Below are positions 18,640-25,232 of a DNA stretch of 25,232 bases, piece by piece. Every line of letters begins with the position of its first letter. The stretch's first letter is position 1. The notes under the pieces were generated by a model. The model was not told the DNA's origin. It was given only the letters and a program-made list of their open reading frames with translations, and ran no database searches. This DNA comes from Perkinsela sp. CCAP 1560/9. Its lineage: Eukaryota; Protista; Euglenozoa: Kinetoplastea. The position numbers and the translations under genes are program-made. Location: positions 1-25,232 of the forward strand of contig CBFFSA010000077.1 of the NCBI GenBank assembly GCA_965644495.1, read 5' to 3'.

Positions 18640-18881
18640 AATTCACTTTGGCGCGTGTCCACTTTGCATTTGGCTACGTTGAGCCGTAACCCTAGTATTT
18701 TAATCTCCCGTTGCAGTGCCTCCAGGGCCGCCCCGCACACCTTGGGCTCCCCTGCAAAGGTAACATTATCCAGGTAGGTCCAGACTTTGTGGGTTCCTGG
18801 GAATTTAGCAGCCACTTTGGCTATGGCCCCGTGTATCCCTATGGCGAAGAGGATAGGAGCCATAGGATCCCCTTGCTTAAC
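18640..18881 (-). pseudogene. Non-LTR reverse transcriptase core fragment with YLDD decayed to YLDN
   Basis: VKQGDPMAPILFAIGI...WTYLDNVTFAG...LGLRLNVAKCKV. Confidence 0.88.
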
Positions 18882-19389
18882 GAACTGTCGGAGGGGTTTT
18901 GGGTTAGATCCTGCAAAAAAACCGCATGGTGAAGCACACGTACAAATTGACTGAAAAGAAAAGTCATCCCTCTCCGGGAGTAGTACCCCGAACGTGTTCC
19001 TTCTGGATCTCCCGAATTTCGCTAAGTCTTTGCCGTTGGAGATGCACTGGGTCCGGGTGGGTGCGGCTGGGGATGTTTCAACCCTCTAATGCGCTGTAGG
19101 GTTATGATTTACGTGGTCCACCTCGAACAAGAAGTCGACATCACATGTTGTCTACCTGAAAAACCAAGGGGGGGGGGGTATGCTATTGACCCTGGGTCAC
19201 GATACCATACCCCCCGGTATGGTACCAGGTCACAGGTATGCTAAACCGGACCCCCGTTTCATTGGATGTATCTTTCTTGCTGATGACGTATCAAACGTCA
19301 TCTGATTACGTTAGAAACGTATCGGGCTGGACTTCTCATGCTGCAGAGCAGTTCGACATGGTGATGTACCGCAACGCTCGTGTTGTTGT

Positions 19390-19515
19390 TGCTAGGATGT
19401 GACATTGGATGTCACATTCTGGTTAGTTACGGGGAATTGGGCTCCCTTCGTTGCCGCTGGTAGGCTTCGGCATTGGATGTCACGTACGGGTTAGTTACAG
19501 GGAGTTAGACTCGGT
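19390..19515. repeat. Two diverged ~68-bp-period direct repeats (CATTGGATGTCAC...GGTTAGTTAC.GGGA.TT.G.CTC)
   Basis: Copies at 19403 and 19471; CATTGGATGT also at 19260. Confidence 0.65.
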
Positions 19516-20213
19516 CGGATTGAACGAATAATGTACAAATTTTCAGTTTTTTAATTTTTCGCTAAATTTAGAGAAAAGTTAAAATAATATTTTCCCTACG
19601 ATCATGGTCCTGTAATTAAAATACTTCTGACCCCAGAACATAATGCCCACAATACACACACAGATCCTCTAAAGCTCACTTCAAAACACTTGCTCCATTC
19701 ACCCACAAATCGGACCATCCTATGACATCAAATTGTGGTACTTTTTTGATATACGTCTGATATAGGTCTATCTGCGTCAGCCCTCTACCTGCTTCAGGTG
19801 GGGTTCGCTAGACCCCAACATCGCCTAATACGGCGATGCCCTTGACCATTTGGTGTGTGTGGATTTCGCCCTAGTCTTTTTCCCGTTTTTCTAGAGCAGT
19901 TTTTTCCTTTTCTGAGTTTTCCAGGGAGTCGAAAGATTTTTTGCGCGCCTGTAGGACAGTACCAATTTCTAACAATAGTTCCATAGTTTAGGTTCGACGT
20001 AGAAAAAAAAGTTCGACGTCGAAATTCGACGTAGTGACTTAGAACATTACAAAATGGGATTTTCCTCAGGGATTTACATGTGTTCGGAAAGGCAAAAATC
20101 GGTCGAGAGGGGGGATAAGGGTATATATTTTGCGTAGAAACTTGCATTTTGCATGTTCCCGCTATTATTTGATGTCATAGACAAACAATTATTGACAATT
20201 AAATATTCTAGTA

Positions 20214-20605
20214 GGTGAAAGGGGACTTTTTTCCTCCTAAAAAAACTTAAATTTTTTCATGGTGGTTTCTCAAACAAAATTTCAGTATTATCCAAGCGAG
20301 TGATTAAACATCGTATTTTTGCTACTTACACGACTCCGCTCTATCATTTTTCTTTGCACAGTCTGTAAAATGTATGACGGTATCACTTTTTGTAGTTGGG
20401 AACCTTGGATGACGTGATGATAGAAGCCTGTACCGTACGGTGTGAATTGAGGAGTTCTTGTAATCCGCTGTTTAAGGAATTTGAAATTATTGTCCAGGCT
20501 CAGAACCGGAACCAAGGTAGAGCTCATAAATTTTCTTGTTTGGTATATTTTATTAAGGAAAGTACGAAGATAAAAGTTTTTGGGGGAAAAAAGTCCCTTT
20601 TGACC
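20214..20605. mobile_element. MITE, 392 bp, GG termini, perfect 8-bp TSD (Merlin-like)
   Basis: TTCTAGTA at 20206-20213 and 20606-20613. Imperfect ~33-bp TIR GGT(G/C)AAA(G/A)GGGACTTTTTTCC. Confidence 0.88.
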
Positions 20606-20635
20606 TTCTAGTATTATATTCGTCTTCCTGTGCTA

Positions 20636-20682
20636 TTAAGATACAGTTAAGATACAGTGTTAAGACAGTGTTAAGATACAGT
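20636..20682. repeat. Short tandem repeat TTAAGA(TA)CAG(TG) x4
   Basis: Read directly from the sequence. Confidence 0.8.
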
Positions 20683-20938
20683 TTCTGTACCTTGTTGGTA
20701 CATTTTCGCTAGCACTAGAAGCAATGGAATGCTCTTCGCTTACCTCGCTGGAGGAAGTAGAATCTATTTCATCAGTAAGAGACTCTCCGTCGGAAGAAAA
20801 GGCCAAAGCATCGTCAGGCGGAACAACACAAGTACCAAATTCACTCTTTTCTACGCGAAAATGTTCGAGTTGAAGAAGAAAAAGGTTTTCCGAACAATCT
20901 GGAATATGAATGTCCTGCGAAGCGGTGATCGACGACAT
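20660..20938 (-). pseudogene. Possible truncated N-terminus of an acidic/Ser-rich protein
   Basis: ATG-initiated 92-aa frame that ends in the tandem repeat. No family recognised. Confidence 0.25.
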
Positions 20939-21037
20939 GCAGGAGTAAACTAAAAAAACTGCTCAAAAATCGCCGATGAAATTAAAAAAAATGACAATAA
21001 TAACGTGATTTGGCAATAAGTCCAGATTTTGCGGCCA

Positions 21038-21252
21038 CTTAGAGGGGTGACTCTGGGTGGGAGCGCCTAGGATATCTTTTGTCAAATTTTTCTTCTTTAG
21101 TTTCTTAATATTTTTTGCTTCAATCGGAAGATACAGAAATCATGTTACGGGAATTGTTATTCTGCAGAGCCCAAACGAGGGTTTCAGCATGTAATACACG
21201 TTAATAATACATTGTGCTTAGAGGGGTGACTCTGGGTGGGAGCGCCTAGGAT
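21038..21252. repeat. Perfect 36-bp direct repeat pair CTTAGAGGGGTGACTCTGGGTGGGAGCGCCTAGGAT
   Basis: Copies at 21038-21073 and 21217-21252. Confidence 0.9.
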
Positions 21253-21531
21253 CCCGCCTAGGATTTTTTTCAACTTTTTTTCCGTCAAAATTCCGAACTC
21301 GGCGGACCTTCGTTAAACGCGTACAACTCTTCGCCCCAATTAGAAACAGTTCCAAAAAGAAATGTGCATTATCCGTTCCATCCCTCCCTTTTTTGGAGCC
21401 TTTCGAAATTTTAATAATTTCAAAAATATTTAGAAATATCAAACAGAAAAGGTGTTTCGTCTTTGCTGCATTCTTGTTTGTCTTAGTCTTCGCGTTGTTC
21501 GGTACCTTTTTACATCTTTTCGTTGCTTTCA

Positions 21532-22809
21532 ATGTTTTCGCAAATTAGCACCCAGCTTACACCAACGGTGAGGCGCCTTTTAAAGGAAACCCATACCGCC
21601 TACGGAACATACTACCGTGTTTTTCTTCACAATCATTTGGTACACGGATTAATTTCACTAGTTGCGTTACAGCGCTCAGATGCTGAAATCGAGAAGCACT
21701 ACTATTCTCAAGCACAACTACTTGAGAAGCCAACTCCTCGTTTACTGCAAATAACAGAAGCGAACTGGGAATCTCACTTGGATGAGGGCTTCCGTGCAGC
21801 TCCAGACTTTGTAAACTTCTTTGATCATGTTGTCAGCAGAATTGGTTTTCAATCCTGTCTAAAGAAATTCGTCTTGCATCCAAAGCTGGCTTCGCGACTT
21901 GTGGCAGGAGCAGTGCACGGGCTCATTCACTTAGGCTACGCGTGTGAGTTAGCAGAGAAGGAACCGGACGCCGCATGCGACTTATTATCGGAAACGTTGG
22001 CTATGGTTTGTACCACTCGAGATCAATTTCGGCAAATCGTTGATATGCTCCCTTCTTTGAGTATGGAACACGGCAATTTCGAAGGAAATATTGTGTTGTC
22101 TATAATCGAGGCGATGGAGAAAGAGACAAAACTTTATGAAATTCCTCCTCGGGATCATCCAGACAAGCTGGATTACGTGATCGCACATACAGATGTCATG
22201 AAACCGTTTTACGCCAAATTTGAAATAGAACCTTCTCACGCAAGCATTACGAAGCGACTGAAGGAACTATATGTTGCCGCGACGGTCATTGTATTCGCCT
22301 CCGTTGTGGATTATAGAGCCCCGCGAGTGGATTTTTTTCTTGTTCACTTGCTAACCTCTTGCTTTGCTTTGGTACAGGTTCTTCCCTCCATTGAATTAAG
22401 TGTCGCTCTGGTTCTGTGTCGACTTCATTTCATTGCGACACTAACGTGGTATCGAGCCCGCGCGTCGCCCACTCTATGCGTTCATGCTTTACTACAAGAA
22501 TCTACCCCATTAAGCTGGATCGATGTAGAAAACCTTTACGCACAACCCGACATGGAAGTTCACGCTGTCAAAGCTGTTAGAGCTTTAAAATTCGGTCAAG
22601 AGCTTTGTGTACAAGAAAGTTTAGAACAAATGCTTCCCGAAACGAAAGGAAAGAATTTCTGGTTAATCTGCGCTAACGTTTTGGCAAAGGCAATTCCTGA
22701 AGAACAGGACATGGAAATATGGATGCAAAAGGGTGTAATGGTGGGGAAAACGGGCAGCCCTTTATGGCTGCAGGAGGAAGCTTGGGCTTACTACAAACCT
22801 ACAAGTTAG
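21532..22809 (+). CDS. Questin oxidase-like / AflY(HypA)-family oxidoreductase (DUF4243)
   Basis: Motifs FLHNHLVHGLISL, ITEANWESHL, LVAGAVHGLIHLGYACE, DFFLVHLLTS, HAVKAVRAL. Uninterrupted ORF from the ATG at 21532. Confidence 0.88.
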   Translation: MFSQISTQLTPTVRRLLKETHTAYGTYYRVFLHNHLVHGLISLVALQRSDAEIEKHYYSQAQLLEKPTPRLLQITEANWESHLDEGFRAAPDFVNFFDHVVSRIGFQSCLKKFVLHPKLASRLVAGAVHGLIHLGYACELAEKEPDAACDLLSETLAMVCTTRDQFRQIVDMLPSLSMEHGNFEGNIVLSIIEAMEKETKLYEIPPRDHPDKLDYVIAHTDVMKPFYAKFEIEPSHASITKRLKELYVAATVIVFASVVDYRAPRVDFFLVHLLTSCFALVQVLPSIELSVALVLCRLHFIATLTWYRARASPTLCVHALLQESTPLSWIDVENLYAQPDMEVHAVKAVRALKFGQELCVQESLEQMLPETKGKNFWLICANVLAKAIPEEQDMEIWMQKGVMVGKTGSPLWLQEEAWAYYKPTS

Positions 22810-23177
22810 TTCGTCCCATGTACACGGGTTGAATGAAAAGACCAGTCTGCACATTTTAGTAGTCTACTGTATGTTGCACTTGTGACATTACTCCTTGTGA
22901 CACGTGATAAATATCAACTTGTAAATACAAAATATTTATTTTTGTACATACAGGTACACCCCTTAGACGATAGCAGTCCCCCCCCCTTAATTTTCGTACA
23001 GGTGGAGCTCAGAGCTCATATTTATTTTAAAGAATGTGTAGAATAGAAAAGTAGAACGTTTCCCGCTATTTTTAGCTCAGTTTATTCATGATATGAAACG
23101 CCGGAGTGGGGCCAAAAAAATTACATTGATTTTTGACAATTTACTTCTCCAAAATATTTTTAAATATGGCAATTCTT

Positions 23178-23593
23178 GGTGAAAGTAAAGGAAAATTCGC
23201 TTTTTTATGACTTTTTAGCTTGACATTTTTCTTTTCAACAAAAGGACATTATCTACGTACATAATATTGTATATGACTATTGTATACTCATTTTCCGTTA
23301 TTTTCTATGGTATGCCAGGGGTGTAGTGGGTTCGCTTGTCGATGACAGTTCACCCTCAGCCGTATATCACGCTGGTCGGAAGCACAGTGCGAGCACTGGC
23401 TTCGAAGGCACGGGCTTGTCACGAGAAGCGTTTTCTGTGGAAAAAGGACACACTCATCAACAAAAGAAATGGAATTAGAGGATAGTATGTGGCACTGTAC
23501 TAAGAAATGCAAGAGTAGATTTCTAGATAGGTTGTAAACTAGGGTGTAAAGCAAATGTTTTTCAAAAAAGGCGAATTTTCCTTTACTTTAACC
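23178..23593. mobile_element. MITE, 416 bp, GG termini, near-perfect 8-bp TSD (Merlin-like)
   Basis: TIR GGT(G/T)AAAGTAAAGGAAAATTCGC(T/C)TTTTT. Flanks are CAATTCTT (23170-23177) and CAATTCTC (23594-23601). Confidence 0.8.
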
Positions 23594-23902
23594 CAATTCT
23601 CTCGTGAAAGAAAATCTCAAGTCCGTCGAATCCGCCAATTTAGTTGAATACAGGAGGGGCCACGAAAACTGACAAGGTCCGCATTTTAGCGTCCTGAGGC
23701 AGTTTGAGCTGATTTTTGTTGCAAACGAGAGATCTCGTTCTGAATATCGTGTCTACGCTATTTAAAATACAAAAACGTTCACCGGAAAACATTTCCAATG
23801 AGTTACAAAAGTGAAATTTTAAAGATTTTACAAATTGAAAAACGGGTCTAAAATTCGTAATTTTTACGTACCACGGCCCAAAAAGTACCCAGAAAGTAGG
23901 TC

Positions 23903-24320
23903 TTAATAGCCAGTATTCCCACCTCCACGCTCACGTAGTATAGCGAGGCGCGTGGGAAGACTCTTTAGCGTATTCACATACGCCTCGTGACATTCGTTCA
24001 ACAAATATTCCTTGGCCTTTGGAATAGCCGCTTGTAATTCTTTTCGATTCTGTGGACGGAGATGGCTGTGGATGTACTTATCCATCATGCTCCACAAATT
24101 CTCAATCAAATTGAGATCAGGAGATTTCGAAGGCCAATCAATAATTTTGATGTCTTCCAACTTACCTATTCTCCTGGCTTCCCCATGCCCTGGCGCGTTG
24201 TCAAGGACAATTGTAGCCCCGGGGTGGCGATGCATCCAGTTGAAAAACCCATTTCGTTTTTTCATTGCATTCAAAAAGACCTCATTTGTAACAGTTTCAT
24301 TTTGTGCGAACTCATGGAAA
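23903..24320 (-). pseudogene. 5'-truncated Tc1/IS630-like transposase, DD32E type; probable element end TA|CAGG at 23651
   Basis: IVLDNAPGH...WPSKSPDLNLIENLW...GGNTGY*. Homologous to 13745-14866 (TVTNEVFLNAMKKR vs TVTGDVFNDAMKKR). Confidence 0.88.
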
Positions 24321-24887
24321 CACGCATCAGGCACTTCCCAATTTTATACCGTCTTCAAGCCTCTTGAAACGTTTGTTTTTATGTGGTATCTCGCCACAGA
24401 TAATACGGGGTGTATTCGCCCACAAAAGTGCTTCTAAAGACATACCGGCACATTTTCTTCCGTTTTTCACAAGATTGAGCTGAGAAACACCAAGAATGAA
24501 AACATTATGCAGCTCAGACGATTCATAGAGAGAAGAGGGGATTCGAAACGTGGACAAAAATGGGTGAAAAGTCAGTAGAATAACCGAATTTGATCAATGA
24601 AAGATCATTTTTGTTTCTAAAAATTTAAGTGAAAAACGGAGAAAAATTCAAAAAATTGGGGTACATTTTCACCATAAAATACCCACTTTTTCTTTTCCTT
24701 TGTCGGTAAGAGAACAGAATTGCTCTGAAATTTCGGCAAAATATCCCAACATTGTCGGTTTCGTGACTGTCGAAAGAGCCTCGCCCTACTCATCAGAGGT
24801 CGAACTCCTCCGCACGGGTAAACTAAACCAACTGTACGAATATTATTCGCACCTTTTTATTACTATTAGTATTCGCAATACACTTAC

Positions 24888-25232
24888 AGGGGTATCAACT
24901 TCCATTTGGGGGGGTCTAAAAATTGTAAAACTTGGCCAATTTTGGAAAATAATGGCGCATTGGAGAGTTCTCGCAGAATTGTATGTCTTTGGCATATTCG
25001 GAATGCTCAACTTGAAAGATCTAATTTAAAAGAAAAAAGTATTGTTTTTTTCACGTGAAAGTGTGGCAATTTTTCATTTTTTACCCATTTTATGACCACA
25101 AAAACGAGTTTGCTTAAGGATTCCCCTGGTGTTTTGATCGCGCGTTCATATGCTTTACCATGGAAGATTAGGTAATGTAACGGAATGCTTCTTGTGGCAG
25201 ACTTCGAGAAAACACAGACTTATTCCCGGACT
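24888..25232 (+). mobile_element. End of another Tc1-like element related to 13722-15091
   Basis: TA|CAGGGG followed by GGGGGGTCTAAAA...CCAATTTTGGAAA.TAAT.GCGCATT.GAGAG.TCTC, the inverted homologue of 14980-15091. The right boundary is not determined. Confidence 0.7.

Larger units (their letters stand above)
16419..19086. mobile_element. Non-autonomous PIF/Harbinger-like composite element, 2668 bp
   Basis: Perfect 13-bp TIR GAGGGTTGAAACA (16419-16431) / TGTTTCAACCCTC (19074-19086), with TAA on both sides. GGGTGCGGCTG occurs as a direct repeat near both ends. Confidence 0.75.

Noticed and set aside
18162-18640. C-terminal part of the 233-aa ORF as real protein
   Set aside because: Beyond the RT motifs it is read-through into repeat and satellite DNA.
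19278-19325. Hammerhead ribozyme (CTGATGA...GAAA)
   Set aside because: GAAA does not directly follow a stem II, no stems I/III with an NUH site were found, and CTGATGA overlaps a simple palindrome.
21038-21252. Mini-CRISPR from the 36-bp direct repeats
   Set aside because: Only two repeats, a 143-bp spacer, and no cas or leader.

Overview
This 25 kb window is eukaryotic (protist- or fungus-like; the host cannot be identified from sequence alone) and consists almost entirely of nested mobile DNA. The left 13.7 kb is organised by five copies of a ~0.9 kb non-coding element with asymmetric hairpin termini, an internal (TGGACCCCCCC)n minisatellite and an A^T (or AT/AAT-duplicating) target site. 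This resembles Helentron/Helitron2-type non-autonomous elements. Copies abut or interrupt a CRE-like RLE non-LTR retrotransposon ORF and a Merlin/IS1595-type transposase, and their flanks are shuffled between copies. One copy is split by a 4 kb PHIS (ISL2EU/Harbinger-related) transposon with GGACCC termini, an ATT target duplication, a zinc-ribbon accessory ORF and an internal 1280-bp tandem duplication. The right half holds two divergent Tc1/IS630-like transposases that both have DD32E spacing, a TAA-flanked Harbinger-like composite with nested elements, two MITEs with 8-bp TSDs, further RT fragments, and one intact intronless cellular-type gene (questin oxidase/AflY-like). No rRNA, tRNA or CRISPR array is supported.
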